DNA of 59,962 nt, counting the filler, from Ionaspis alba (Eukaryota), in the NCBI GenBank assembly GCA_964255285.1. It is 4 parts of 4 records of this genome, joined end to end, with 100 filler letters (N's around TTAATTAATTAA, not from the genome) between each part and the next. Parts side by side here need not be neighbours in the genome. Positions count along the whole stretch, not along the records: positions 1 to 14,935 come from CAXUUL010000393.1; 3 more parts are not named here. One strand, written 5' to 3'. Positions 1-12,339 of the stretch are shown in pieces (the stretch's first letter is position 1; each line of letters opens with the position of its first letter). The notes beneath the pieces were generated by a model. It ran no database searches. It had not been told where the DNA came from and worked only from the letters and a program-made list of their open reading frames with translations. Both the position numbers and the translations under genes were made by a program.

Positions 1-3000
1 CCCCTCCCTCCTTCGCCACCTCCCCACCGCCAAAAGCCTCCCAAACACTAACCGCAATGCCCGTCCTCGCGACCCTCTCAAAACAGCTCTCCCCCAACGT
101 AACATCCAACAACGTCTCCTGCTTCCCCTTCCCAATAACCACAATCCTCTTATCATCCGCTCTCACCCCGGGCACTTTCCCAGGCACCGCAAGTCCAGGC
201 GCGAGGGGATGACTGGCGTTCGTAGGCCTCATGATCGTCAATCTCGCGCTACCGAGATCCCGCCATTTGCTGGCTGTCTCCCGGATATAGAGGCGGATTT
301 TGGCGTTGCTGAGTCCGATTGGGGCGGCGCTGTTTTTCGCGTCGTCGGCGGTCATGCCAGCGGGGATGATGCCGCCTGGGATGGGGGAGTTGGTACCGCT
401 GCCGCTCGAGTTGTCGGAGGATGTGTAGATACTGTTTGCGCGAGACCCGTTGCGGGAAGTGACGGTGGAGCGAGAGATGCTGAAGCGGGAACCAGGCTTG
501 CCGAAGCGCTTGAGAGCGGAGAAGGCGCTCGTCATGCTGCTGACGCTGCTGTCGCTGGGAGCAATGCTGGGTGTTGGGGCGCTGCTGGCACGGTAGCTGC
601 TGCGGCTATTGTGACCAAGTCCGAACCAGCTGCTGCTGCGGGAACCATGCTTGGTAGTGTTGCTACGGTCGAGGCCCATGGGCGTGAAAGCAGAGGTGAC
701 GCGGGCGTTTTGAAGGGCGATCCATGTGGGGTTGTTGATACGGGCGTGGTTGATAAGGCCGTAGAGGGCTTCGCATTCTTCTGGGTTGCGGCTGCGGAAC
801 ATGATATTCTGGTTGGAGGTTATGGTCATTTTGGATTCGGAATTGGGCGGAGAGCGGATGGAGATGTCGAGGGCGGTGCCGCGCCGGATTGGAACCAAGG
901 GTGTAAGTGGCATAGCCACGAGGGGACGGCTATCCTGAGGGTCTGTGGCCTGACTTGAGGAGTGGAGTGACAGGTCAGAATTAGTATCAGGCTCGGCATG
1001 AGACATGGATCTCTTCCCATCGTTTTGGGAATGCGCGGCGGACATTTCGTAAGCTTCAATCAGGCCTGGTGTGATAACGATGCTGCACTCATCTGGGTGA
1101 AGAGGTTGCCAAGACCCTTTGTCGGACCAGAAGAACATCGACGCGATAGTTTTAGACGCTTTGTTTGGCTGGGATGGAACTTCTCGGAAGGGTGCTTGAG
1201 ATGCTGACTGGGAAGGAGACAGTGTACCAGTCGGTAAGGAAGGGAGTGATCCCTGTGGTGAGGTCTTGGACAAGCGCTGGAGAGCACCAAGTGGCAGCAG
1301 TGGCGTCGGAGCATCTCCGTCTTCGAGCTCTTCATCTTCTGAAGAATCCGATATTGATGTCACTTCATTACGTTCAACTGTTGAGGTGTCCGAGTCCGAG
1401 GATGTTTCCGATGCAGTGGAAGGTTCGTATTCGTGCTTCAAAGGCGACGAGGATCTCCTCTTGGTTTGCCTGAGAGCCGCAGAGCAAGGATCTGGCGTTT
1501 GTGAAGCCTTGAGTTGAACAGGGCTTGGAGAGCGATGCGCTGGAGGTGGAGGAGGTTTCTCTGGTACTGGCTGCTTGTCATCGGGACGTCTTTTAGTCAA
1601 CTTTATTGGCGTGTGTGGTGAAATGTCCTTATCGAAAGCGGGAGCTGGCCATTCCGGTTCTACTTCAGGCTCATAGCTTGGTGTGGGCGGAGGGCTGTCT
1701 TTCCTGACTTTGGGAATGATGGGCAGTTCCAAGGAAGGTACGGAAGAGCGCGATCGGTGATAACCTGGCCGTGAGGGAGGTTTCTGCCGTTTCTTGGCAT
1801 CGCCGTGACCATGAGGGCTCTGGGGATCGATGGGTTGTGGGCTAGCAGCACGTAGGTCAACCACATTTAGTTCCTGCTGTTTGAGTGGCAGGTCTGTTTC
1901 TGTTGCTTGCGATTGCACTTTGTCTTGGACATACAAGGCGTTGGGCGATTGTGGACTGCTTGATTGATCGTCTGCATGCCTCGACCGCCTCTTTGCCTTA
2001 GTTCTCCTCAAGCCAGTCGACGTGCCAGCTAAACCTAGGGCTTCATTTAGACTTCTAGGTGTACGGATGACCTCAGTAGACTTCGTTTGACTTTCATGTC
2101 TTTGGCTTGGGAGAGATTGGCGATTATTGGGCTTTTCAGTCGGTGTGGCTGGAGCAGCCAGTGGTGAGCTAACGAGCGGCTCAGGGGCTTTCTTCTGTAA
2201 TCGACTTCTTTCCCTTGGTGAGGGAGATATTGGCGTATGCGGCGGCTCGTGTTTGACCGGAGATTCGACCCATGCTTTCACATCTCCTCTCGCATGTTCT
2301 CCGATTGGTACTTGTATCTCCCGAGGACTTGGCGTTCTGCTTTTCATAGGAGTACTTGGAGATTCAGGAAGTTGTAACCCAGCAGAAGATGGTGCCGTCA
2401 GAGTTTTCCTCCTTTCCTGTCGATTGAGAAAGCTCTGAGTTCTGGTGACTTTCGGAGGCACAGGCGTCAATCCTAGCATCTGCACCCACTCGAACCCAGT
2501 TTGCTCGTCTTCTGTTCGCAGAGAAAGTAACTCATGCCACTCTTGACCTTGACCGTGTATTCCACGGATCATAGCCACGATTTCACCCTTGAGATCTCCA
2601 TTACGTGCTGACACCCTTCCAAATTGTACAGGTGGCAGGAGGAGCCATCGTCCCGTTCCATCGACTTCGCAGATGAGAAGATCGCCGCTTGTTCCCACTC
2701 CGGGAGCATCATCTCGCAGGAGAAGCTCAACCCGACAATCAATCTTCTGGGCACTAGAGTGGTGCAAGGTAAGATTGAAGTAGTCTCTCGCTCGGACACG
2801 ACGTGTTTGATCGATACTGACTCCAGCGATTGGGCCAAGAGTACGTGGATCTCGAGCTCGCGTTGGATCGATACTGGCCGCAGCTTCATCTTCGAGTCGA
2901 GCACGCTCCTCGTTAGATCGATGCCGGGCATCAATCACCAGTGCTTGATATTTGGTTGCTAGGACATCCGCTTCCGCAGAAGGTTTCACGATATTGATGC

Positions 3001-5428
3001 CCTTGAAAGTTTTCGCCAAGTACTTCAATCTGACCAGCGGTCTCTTGAGTAAGAAGGCGACATCGACCCGTTCTCCGTTGGCATTGATGATGTCGCCATC
3101 CTCATTTCTTGGCAGACCTCCATCAATGCCATCAGAAGCATTAGGTGGCGATCCCGAATTAGGGCTCTTCTCACCTGCTGACGGCGCAAGATTGACAACG
3201 ACATCCTGGAAGCCCATTCGCCAAGACTTGAGGTACTCGGCGTACACTCGTGCTGCCCCTTGCGCCCAAGTAAGTAGAGCGTCCGGATCTTGCGTTGGTA
3301 TACGGTTGTGCAGTGTCTTCAATCTCTCAAGAGCGATTCCCATGTCCATAATAGGCCTGGTGATCTCCCTATTGTTTCTTGCTGCTGCTGAAGTACTGAA
3401 GAGACCTGCAGCTATGGCAGAGTCAGACTTAGACAAGACACATGTAAGTAGGACCGGGATAACCCCATCAACCAGAGTGCGGAGTTCCCTCATATATTTG
3501 CCCTCGTCCGTAGCAAGTTCATTCATGAGATCGTCCACTGTAGCTGTGGCAAGCCTGCTTCGGTTCGTCCTAATACTCCTGGCAGATTGGATGCTTCGGT
3601 TGTCGGCTTTTGGAATAGATAGAACGGATATCAGATCTGCATGGCGGGTCAAACGGCTCTTGCTAGGCCTCCGCGAGAGTGCATCGGGATCGAAGAAGTC
3701 TCGAGCTTCTGATCTAGTGTCGTCTTCTTCCACCACGACATTATCGTGCTCCTGAGAGGATTGTCGAAGTGTCGATGGAGCTGGAGGAGGGCTGTTTTGC
3801 ACTTTTGAATTAAATGTCTCAACAGAAGCTATTGTAGATAAACGGTGCCGTCCTGTTGAAGGAAATGGTCTTTTGATGTTCAAGCCAGGTGGTCGTAAGG
3901 GGGTCGATACGTCGTGAGGCTCCACAGAGGAACCACTATTGACAGAAGATACCACAGAAATCTCTTCGTCGTTGGTCAAAGTCTCATTTAGAGGAGACGA
4001 TTTCCGTCGTTCGTGCATAGGAGAAGATGAATCTCTTTTCGCACCTCTCCTCCGAAGAATAGGAGGTGACAAGTCAGGTGCATCCTGTACAAGATCGACT
4101 AGCTTGGGTGCTGAAGCACTCCCGTGGATCGACTCGCCCAATGGTGAGCTAGTGTTCAAGCTCTCTGGAAAAGGATTGTCCTCATAGAGTGCAGCACTTC
4201 GAACACGACGACGTCTTCGACTATCGTTACGACTGGTTTTGGATTTATCTTTGACATCTAGAGCCTCCCAAATTTTATTAGGATCATCTGGTATGAACCC
4301 CTGTTCAGCGAGCTCCCTCTCTTTCCTCCGTCTGGATGTTGACTTCAAAGGTGCTGGAATCTCGACCGGCGGCTCTTCAGTATCTATAAACGGGTCGGGT
4401 GTCTCTGTCAACCACGCCTCAACGCTAGGGATTCGCGTAGCCGGAATCGGTTCTGGGGTTGAGAAAGGCCTCTTCGACCCGTCAAACACATGGCTTAGAA
4501 CGTTCCCCTTCGAAGATTTTGCACTGTCACGCACATCTGAAATGGCTCCTTGCGCTGATCGAGGCGATTGTTCCAGGGAATTCTCTTGTCTCATCCTGGA
4601 TCTTCGTCGCTTGGTACCCTCCTTCGCAGCAGAAGAGCTCACCTGAGGCGACTCATCCGGCGTAGGCTCCCTACTCTGTCTTGCTGATCGAGGCTTCTTC
4701 GTCGGTGTCGATGTGTTGGATTTGGGAACGTCTACATCACTTATATCGGTCGCGCTCCCACGATGTTCTTTTCGAGGTCTTAGATGACTCGACTGTCTTC
4801 GAGATCCCGGGGGAGACGGGTATACTCTGATACCGTCGTCGATACCAGTGCTTGTCCTTTGCGACGCGTCCTTCCGTTCACGAATGCTCTGAGTCGACCG
4901 CAGTGTAGAGTCCGGGATCGCGTTCACACGTATGCCATCCTCAGGCAGTACCTTGCTGGTTGTTTTCATCTTACCCACCTCGGACGAGGTGGCGCTCCGA
5001 GGAGGGCTTCTGTTCTTCCGCCAGTGACCGTCGCTGACCACTCTTTTCCTCGGCGCGCTGCCGCTCCGATTACAGTCCCTCTCCTCCGACTCAATCCTGC
5101 TTTTTCGACGCCCACTTCGTCTTCGTGGTGTCTCTGACTCGCCTGCATCGGCTGCATCGGTTTCGGGTCTCAACGTGGTGTGGTTGTCTGCTTTGTGCAG
5201 TGTCTTCTTTTTATTGCAGCCGCTTTCCTCCGGCTCGTCCTCCACATAAATATCGGACGCAGTGACCACGCCTCCTCCTTGAGCCTGCCATTGTCGAATG
5301 CGATCGCGCACAGAATTCGAGTCGTACGGTCCTGATGGGCTTCCGATGTCTACCGGCTTCGGCTTGGTCGGAGTCGTTTTGTTAGCATGGCGATTGGAGG
5401 TCCGCCGCGGCGTGGCTAGCGAGGGCAT
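1..5428 (-). CDS. Large (>1800 aa) fungal protein, 3' end beyond the window; low-complexity N-terminal half, possibly DH/PH-like domains
   Basis: ATG at 5428 gives MPSLATPRRTSNRH...SVRDRIRQWQAQGGG. The same frame at the left edge reads ...KIRLYIRETASKWRDLGSARLTIM...LLDVTLGESCFERVARTGIAVSVWE. It is missing from the ORF track, consistent with no stop inside the window; not every codon was checked by hand. Probable 5'UTR intron at about 5436-5553. The domain call is tentative. Confidence 0.75.
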   Translation of the reverse strand, partial: MPSLATPRRTSNRHANKTTPTKPKPVDIGSPSGPYDSNSVRDRIRQWQAQGGGVVTASDIYVEDEPEESGCNKKKTLHKADNHTTLRPETDAADAGESETPRRRSGRRKSRIESEERDCNRSGSAPRKRVVSDGHWRKNRSPPRSATSSEVGKMKTTSKVLPEDGIRVNAIPDSTLRSTQSIRERKDASQRTSTGIDDGIRVYPSPPGSRRQSSHLRPRKEHRGSATDISDVDVPKSNTSTPTKKPRSARQSREPTPDESPQVSSSAAKEGTKRRRSRMRQENSLEQSPRSAQGAISDVRDSAKSSKGNVLSHVFDGSKRPFSTPEPIPATRIPSVEAWLTETPDPFIDTEEPPVEIPAPLKSTSRRRKERELAEQGFIPDDPNKIWEALDVKDKSKTSRNDSRRRRRVRSAALYEDNPFPESLNTSSPLGESIHGSASAPKLVDLVQDAPDLSPPILRRRGAKRDSSSPMHERRKSSPLNETLTNDEEISVVSSVNSGSSVEPHDVSTPLRPPGLNIKRPFPSTGRHRLSTIASVETFNSKVQNSPPPAPSTLRQSSQEHDNVVVEEDDTRSEARDFFDPDALSRRPSKSRLTRHADLISVLSIPKADNRSIQSARSIRTNRSRLATATVDDLMNELATDEGKYMRELRTLVDGVIPVLLTCVLSKSDSAIAAGLFSTSAAARNNREITRPIMDMGIALERLKTLHNRIPTQDPDALLTWAQGAARVYAEYLKSWRMGFQDVVVNLAPSAGEKSPNSGSPPNASDGIDGGLPRNEDGDIINANGERVDVAFLLKRPLVRLKYLAKTFKGINIVKPSAEADVLATKYQALVIDARHRSNEERARLEDEAAASIDPTRARDPRTLGPIAGVSIDQTRRVRARDYFNLTLHHSSAQKIDCRVELLLRDDAPGVGTSGDLLICEVDGTGRWLLLPPVQFGRVSARNGDLKGEIVAMIRGIHGQGQEWHELLSLRTEDEQTGFEWVQMLGLTPVPPKVTRTQSFLNRQERRKTLTAPSSAGLQLPESPSTPMKSRTPSPREIQVPIGEHARGDVKAWVESPVKHEPPHTPISPSPRERSRLQKKAPEPLVSSPLAAPATPTEKPNNRQSLPSQRHESQTKSTEVIRTPRSLNEALGLAGTSTGLRRTKAKRRSRHADDQSSSPQSPNALYVQDKVQSQATETDLPLKQQELNVVDLRAASPQPIDPQSPHGHGDAKKRQKPPSRPGYHRSRSSVPSLELPIIPKVRKDSPPPTPSYEPEVEPEWPAPAFDKDISPHTPIKLTKRRPDDKQPVPEKPPPPPAHRSPSPVQLKASQTPDPCSAALRQTKRRSSSPLKHEYEPSTASETSSDSDTSTVERNEVTSISDSSEDEELEDGDAPTPLLPLGALQRLSKTSPQGSLPSLPTGTLSPSQSASQAPFREVPSQPNKASKTIASMFFWSDKGSWQPLHPDECSIVITPGLIEAYEMSAAHSQNDGKRSMSHAEPDTNSDLSLHSSSQATDPQDSRPLVAMPLTPLVPIRRGTALDISIRSPPNSESKMTITSNQNIMFRSRNPEECEALYGLINHARINNPTWIALQNARVTSAFTPMGLDRSNTTKHGSRSSSWFGLGHNSRSSYRASSAPTPSIAPSDSSVSSMTSAFSALKRFGKPGSRFSISRSTVTSRNGSRANSIYTSSDNSSGSGTNSPIPGGIIPAGMTADDAKNSAAPIGLSNAKIRLYIRETASKWRDLGSARLTIMRPTNASHPLAPGLAVPGKVPGVRADDKRIVVIGKGKQETLLDVTLGESCFERVARTGIAVSVWEAFGGGEVAKEGG

Positions 5429-6399
5429 CGAGTTCTAAGGAGACATTCAAGGTCAGTAATTTGTGTCTGGTTGACACTTTTTATGGGTGTTGTTGGTATC
5501 GGAAGACCATGGGAGGTAAGAGGGACTTTGTTGAATTCTGGTGTTTACTTTACCTGCAACAAAAATCATGAGCAACTGAAACCACCGTAAAACAGCGCAG
5601 CGCACGCAGATGAAGTAGCAGTACGAGCTTGATCGCGCCTGATGAAGTCAAGACGGTCGCTATATGCCTGGAAAATCCCACGAGGAAGTCGAGGGTCCTG
5701 GAACTAGGCTTGCTGGCCAGTAACGACGAATCTTGGTAGAGCGAATCCCATAGCAACGAGGCACGCTAAGCCCAACGGCAAAACTATTTATACCTGAATT
5801 ATCCAGGAATAGCATAAAGATCAACACACTACGAGCAATGTTTGCCCCTCGAGCGATAACAGTCTACCAAGATACAGGCTGGGAATAGAGTGCTGCAAAT
5901 GCGTTGTGGCAAGCAGTTCTCCTGGTTTGGTTCTTGTCTTGTTCACGCTTGGCTCCGGTTTGCCTTTCATGCCCCATGCCGCATGGCCAGCGTCGACAAC
6001 TTCGGGGGTTTTCACGAAAACCGGATTGATATCTTTATAGTCCGAAGCACGACAAGTTGACGCCATAGAGCAAGAAGCTGGATCTAAACAAGTCTGCTAT
6101 ATGACAACTCATGCAGCACAATCAAGCAGATACACGATGATCTCCTGTCAATCAAGTGGAATTCAATCGATTAGCTAAATTTGTTATAGTATCAATATGC
6201 CCTCCATTAAGGTGTTTTGGAATACTGCGACTAGCCATCCAACACCTTGCTCAATTCTAAAGAGACCCCGCAGCCTGGATCAAAGCAAAGTTTAGCAGCG
6301 GATCAGCGAGCATAAACCCAAGCATTTCGTGACAAGTGCGCAATTTACCAATTCTGCCAACAGCCGTCGGGTAGCCTACAGCGAGAAAGCTCGGAGGGT

Positions 6400-7368
6400 C
6401 TAATTGGATTTCTTGATATGCCCGTTTGATTGCGACTCTTTCGTAGACTTTGTCATCATCGTGAAAGCCTCTGCTGTTTCAACAAAGCTTCGATAGAGAA
6501 GGTCTGTTGCAGTTGGGTAAGCTTGTGTATCTATGGTACTGCACAATTCTGAGATATATCGACTTACAGCCAGGAATCATGATCCAGATGAAGTTCACAA
6601 AGAAATAATAACCCCAGAAGTATAGAGCCTCGGGCCGAGACCAGATTATGCCCTTATAGTATAGGTCGAACATGCTCGTTGCATAATATAGGATGAGCCC
6701 GTACATCTGACCGATGCATACTAGGGATTGCACCTGGTGGCGAAATGGGTTGTTGGTGGCAATGAAGTAGACTGTCAGGTATGATAGTGGACCCCACATG
6801 AACTATGCTCTTACGTTAGTCCCTACCCTCTTCATTGGTGGGCATCAGCTACGTACGGCTGTGCAAGTTTCCATGCATAGCACGAAGGGCTCTGACACGA
6901 GGTATCGCGAATCAGAGAGGGCGTACTCCTTCCACAGTTGTCCAAAGAAAGTCATCAAGCCTCCCATCCGAGTGTGATTCAGGGAGAAATAGCCTATGTC
7001 GGTCAACGTCGTCTCCAAGGATAAATGCACATCAATCATACATACCTTCGAAGAATAAGTGAATGCTACCAGCTATCAATATCTGGTTAGCTATGCTGCC
7101 CTCTTGAAGTCTTGAGGAGAAGCGACGTACTTAGCACAAACCAATGAAGCGCAAATTTATTTCCCGATGTTAAATTAGGTAGGAATCGCTCGACAGCCAT
7201 ATAGGTGGAGCCCATCAACACCACCATGCATCCAACGAAAGCCGCCAGCATGGTAGGCACATTCCAATCGTTTGCAAGGTATCCCACGATTTCGGACCCA
7301 AGAGGATAGAATGGGTGGAGAGGGGGCACCATCTCGGTGATGTTTTTGGCAAACTCGACAGCTTCCAT
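6400..7368 (-). CDS. EBP: Emopamil-binding-protein family sterol delta8-delta7 isomerase (4 exons)
   Basis: Exon ORFs carry HPFYP, QLWKEYALSDSRY, FVLCME, GQMYGLILYY and FWGYYFFVNFIWIMIP, typical of EBP/EXPERA. Three GT-AG introns; stop at 6400-6402. Confidence 0.9.
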
Positions 7369-8090
7369 GGTGTCCGATTCGCTTTCTCACGAAGATCTAA
7401 GCAATATTTGCTGCAGGAACCTGGGGCCACGGGAGAGCAATGGGCGCAGAGAACTTATATGGATGCCTAGCAAGAATTCCAACACGATCTTGAGACCAAA
7501 AGACCGCAGCTCCGTACAAGCGAACCAACAGGGCGATGAAAGTAGATACTAGGGCGGATAGATAGTATGAACAAAAGGAAGATATTTGCACTGTGCAGAG
7601 CGCAAGCAGATTCGACAATCTGCTTTGAAGAATTAATATCGGTAATGTTGAAGATCGCGAGACCCAGCCTGTGTTATGTTTCGCAATCAAGCTTTTCCCA
7701 AAGATCCAAAACCTTTTCCAACGTCATTCTTACACCTAATTCGTCCGGTGAGATCCTTCCGAGGTCGTACGAGCCCTTCGGAGTCAGTCGCGTCCGATGC
7801 TATTTTATCATCAATCTCGGAGAAGTGACATGGATCTCACGGAGACGGTATCTTGGACTATGCAGTCTCGCTCCAGAGATACTATCAACAACCACAGCTT
7901 TAAGGGGAAGTCCTTGACAAACAACGATGTTCCCCAACAGAGCCTCGAATAATACGCAATGTGATCGATCAAGTCATTATTGAATGTTACTCTAGAGCTA
8001 TGAACAAAAGCACTCAGACCCCGAACGCCAGACGTGCTATGCTTTGAGAATCCCACCGTCGCTAAAAGGCAAATGCAGTAACTCAAATGC

Positions 8091-8978
8091 TCAAAACACC
8101 TTCGCAAACCTTCTTCCCCTAATGGCAACGGGAGCGACGGTGGCCTTTGAAGTAGTCGCCGAGCCGGTGGCCGTTCCTGTGGTCGCTGTGCCATTTTGTG
8201 CACGAGCCATATCGATGAACGTTTGCATCTGAGCGTCGGACTTGGGATTGATTCCGAAGACCATACCTGAGAAGCAATGAGTAAGTCGATGGTCAAATAA
8301 CGCACAATGAGGAGTGATCCACTTACCAGTTCCACAATGGACAGGGGGACCTTGCTGCTTGCAGTAGAACCAAGCCGGCTTCTTGCTCTGAACGATATAT
8401 TTCTCGATGATCAAACCCGTCTGGTTGTTCTTATTTGGCTGGAGCTCAGTATCGAAGCTGGGTGGCTGCTTCTTGATGCAAGGAGTCATAAACTCGGACT
8501 GCGTGACGGAGTGGGACGCTCCGAGCATGTTGAAGAGAACAACGTCTCCCTCGTTGGCTGTGATGTTGTTCGGTTTGAAGAGGAAGTCTCTCTTGGCGCC
8601 GTTGACGAAGGCGCCGACGTCGATGTGGAAGGTTTGCGTTGATCCGGCTGCCGTGGTGGTACCTGTGGCGGTCTCGGTTGCGGTGGCTGCTGTTGTTGCC
8701 GGTGGAGTGAGGCCAGCCGTCTCGGTGATTGTAACAGGGGGTACGGTCTCTGTCACTGTGACAGTCACGGTCGCACCTGATCCTGGTGGACCACTCGGAG
8801 GAGCTTCATAGGGGTGGTTTGAGCTTGGTGTCTGGCCGGGAGTACAGTCCTTGTAGACAATGACTGTCTGTGCTGGAGCGTCGGTACATAGCACACTAGA
8901 CACGCTTTGGTAGTGATCTGGGGTACTGGAAGCGATAGTGGCAAGACCTGAGAGCGCGGCAATAGCGAAAGTCTTCAT
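8091..8978 (-). CDS. Secreted Ser/Thr-rich cupredoxin-domain protein
   Basis: Signal peptide MKTFAIAALSGLATIASS, Thr-rich linker, FKPNNITANEGDVVLF, HSVTQSEF. Removing the 60-nt in-frame intron 8267-8326 gives WFYCKQQGPPVHCGTGMVFGINP, with type-1 Cu-like His/Cys/His/Met ligands. Confidence 0.85.
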   Translation of the reverse strand: MKTFAIAALSGLATIASSTPDHYQSVSSVLCTDAPAQTVIVYKDCTPGQTPSSNHPYEAPPSGPPGSGATVTVTVTETVPPVTITETAGLTPPATTAATATETATGTTTAAGSTQTFHIDVGAFVNGAKRDFLFKPNNITANEGDVVLFNMLGASHSVTQSEFMTPCIKKQPPSFDTELQPNKNNQTGLIIEKYIVQSKKPAWFYCKQQGPPVHCGTGKWITPHCALFDHRLTHCFSGMVFGINPKSDAQMQTFIDMARAQNGTATTGTATGSATTSKATVAPVAIRGRRFAKVF

Positions 8979-9993
8979 GGTGAATATAGGAAGATAAATG
9001 ATTGAAAGTAGGAGAGAGGACTGGGTTGGTTCAACAAGCTTTAAGAAATGCTAAACGCCTTCAGGAAAAAAGAAAAGAACACAAGGAAATGGATCGGAAG
9101 CTGGTACTGAAACTGAGGATAGAAGACATCTGGGAGAGATGTCACGGTATACTTATATCCAGGACATCAAAAGCTCACCTTCACCGCAATAGGACTCGTA
9201 GGCTTACATCCCTATGTTGATTAGACCAAGTGCTCACACCAACAACCAAAATCTCATATTCACCCAAAGCAGCGGTAGGATTGAGCCAAAATAAGTAATA
9301 GGATTCCATTCTTTGCATACGCCTAACCGCATCCAGACCTGACAGCTCTAGCGCAGACTGCTCTACCCAATTAACGCTCACCGCCGATCTATTTCGGTCG
9401 TTTCGGAACACCTCCTTGCAAGCCACCCGAAAAGAAACATTCGTGGTTCGCGGCGCAGCTTGGTCCATGTCCAGGATAGTGTCACACCCACATATCGCGG
9501 TAACGTTTGGATTGGCTACCAATGCTGTAGAAAGACCAGAATACTTCTAAGGCTAAACTCAGCCTGGATGATAACGTTTTCTTGGGTCTGGAGGCTGACG
9601 GCCCGAGGATGACCTACGATCGGGCTCATCGAGTCTTTCTGAACGGCTGGCACAACGTTGATATTGCTCCAGCCTTCCTTGTGCAGGCTGAGGAGAGCTT
9701 ACCAACTGCCGTAATTTCCTTATCGGGAATGACCGGGGAAACGGCTTTGACGACGACTACAGCCCGTCATTTCTTAGGGATTACTGCGTAGTATCTTGGA
9801 CGGAAAGGCACGAGGGTGTAGACACGGTGATCCTTGAAGGCAGTATTCTCCACAGTACGGGTACGCCCCGTGTGGTAGAACTCGTTCTATCAGTGGGCTA
9901 CTTTCGCTGATGGATCGTTGATCTACACCGTGGTAGTGTTCACGATCAAACAATGCATTGGATATATCATCGCCCTGTAAGCAGCTCGCCGTC

Positions 9994-11783
9994 TTACTTC
10001 TTCTGATACTGCTTGAAGACATCCACATACTCAAAGAAACTCGCCTTGTAAGCCCTCTCCTGCGTTGTGAAATTAACGTACTGCATTCCAAACCTGGTAG
10101 AAAACCCCTGTGACCATTCCAGGTTATCAACAAGCGACCAAGCCAAACATCCTACCACAGGCACGCCCTCACTCAGAGCGATGAGGATCGCCCTCATGTA
10201 ATCATGATAGTATCCACTCCGAGCATAGTCGAACTGGATGTCAGCTTTCAGCTGTTTCTCATTCTCGAAGGGTTCGGCAAATCCGAATTCCGTAACGGCG
10301 ATGCCACCCTTGGGCTTCCATGTGTCTTGGATGTAATGAAGGAATTGCGGAACCCAGTCCGTGGCCTTGTGGAGCCAGGGTGCACCAGGAGAGGCCGCGT
10401 AGCCAATGTTCCAGCCGCCGTCTTGCTGAGAATAAGTATAGCTAGTGTTGGCGCATGACGGGTAAAGAGGATTGCTTGAGTTGGAAGTGCAAGCGTCGAT
10501 GCCACCGTCAGGAGCATAATAGAACTGGGAGGTGTACGCATCGTGGGCATAGAGGTCGGCCGAGCCATTTATGGCAGTCATTTCGGATTGTGTGAAGTTC
10601 CGTAGAAATGTTGACACGTACTCTTTCAGATACTTGGGATAGTCGCCTCCTAGGTAGACTGGATTGGCGAACCATCCCTCGTTGAAGTCCCATGCTCTTT
10701 GCACAGCTATTGCATCGGCGGAAGAATTGGTAAGAGGGATTTTGTATCCTCCATTGGTCTTGAAGCTGATCGTGCCATTGAGTCCCATTGACTTACCCAA
10801 ATGGTATGCTTTACTGTGTGCAAGAAGAACAGACTGCCCACAGAAGAACGGTTGCTGTTGTGGGGGAATCGAAGTTTTCTTGAAATAGTTCAGGGGAAGC
10901 GGGTAGAAGCTGCAGAACACAATCGGCTCGTTGACGGTGAACCAGTGACTTACCCGGTTGCCATATCGATCAAAGACAACCCGGGCGTATTCGACAAAGT
11001 CATCAACGATCTCTTCGCTCAGCCAGCCACCATACAGGTTTTGCAAATACAGCGGTAGGTCCCAATGAAACAGTGTTACTTGAGGCTGCACATTGAATTC
11101 CAGGCATGTCTTGATAACGTCGTCGTAATGAGCCAGAGCTGCTTCATTGACAACACCTCTTCCAAATGGCATAATTCGACTCCAGCTGATGGAGAACGAA
11201 TAGTAAGGAACCCCAAGAGCTGCAATACGAGCTATGTCTTGTTTGTACAGATAGTATTGGTTATCAGCAACATCTCCCGTATCATTCGTCACGACATAGT
11301 TTTTCACGCGATGAGTCAAGACATCCCAGATGCTTGGTCCTCTGCCTTCATCTTTGACGGCTCCTTCTACCTGATAGGATGCACTCGCGACTCCCCACCA
11401 AAAGTCCTTGGGGAAGCTCCAGCTCTCGTTCTTCGGATACATTGGTTGCTGCTGACCGGGAGGAAAGGGCGAATAGAATAGAGGAGGGGGCGGAATCAAC
11501 TCGTTCGTTGGGACTGGTGTCGGTGAGACTGTGGTGTTGATAGCGGCCACCTCAACTGGCCCAACAAACAAATCCCACATATCTGCTGCAATCAATGAAA
11601 GATTTCGAGATCTTGAGCTTAGGGATACCCACCCTCAATGGTAATTCCAATTGAGGTTGCAGACAGTGTAGTGTTCATAGTCTTTGTTGCCGTGACTTGG
11701 GTGGAGGTTGCCATACCACTGCTCATGTCTTGGCCACTTGCCATGCCTGCACACAAGGCAAGGAGGGTGATAAAAATTTCCAT
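9994..11783 (-). CDS. Glycoside hydrolase family 1 beta-glucosidase with signal peptide
   Basis: FPKDFWWGVASASYQVEGA, YSFSISWSRI, TLFHWDLP, catalytic TVNEP and VTEFG, WSLVDNLEW. First exon MEIFITLLALCAGMASG starts at 11783; intron at about 11586-11632. Confidence 0.93.
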
Positions 11784-12339
11784 TGTGTCGGTAGAGAGCC
11801 AATACAATAAAGGGGGAGTACTCATAAAATAATTAATGAATATACAAGTGTGACAGACANNNNNNNNNNNNNNNNNNNNNNNNNNNNNNNNNNNNNNNNN
11901 NNNNNNNNNNNNNNNNNNNNNNNNNNNNNNNNNNNNNNNNNNNNNNNNNNNNNNNNNNNTAGCCTCAGACATTCATGGAGTAGTTGTCATGTCAGAAGTG
12001 AAAGTGGTAGCAAGCTCTTGCTCTGAAGGAGAAGTGCGGCGAAGGAACAAACATGGCGATAGCGTCTCGGAGAAACAACCAAGCTCATTGCACGCAAAAG
12101 GTTTGCAGATAGGAATATCATTTGGCTTTCTAGGAGGTGACAACTCCCACGAGATGGGAAGGAAGCTCTTTGAAATGTAGAGTGATGGGAATTGTGATTA
12201 GAGAAACAATTCGGGAGAACTTCGACATCTCTCGGCGGCCGCTAAGACGCGTCAGGGGTACCCCTCCGGACTTCAGCCCCCGAATACCCCACATTTTCAA
12301 ATTTGTCTGCCAAGAAAATTGTGTCACAGTTGCTTTTCT

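Noticed and set aside
209..5137. Numerous plus-strand ORFs of up to 267 aa
   Set aside because: Antisense shadows of the long minus-strand gene; no motifs.
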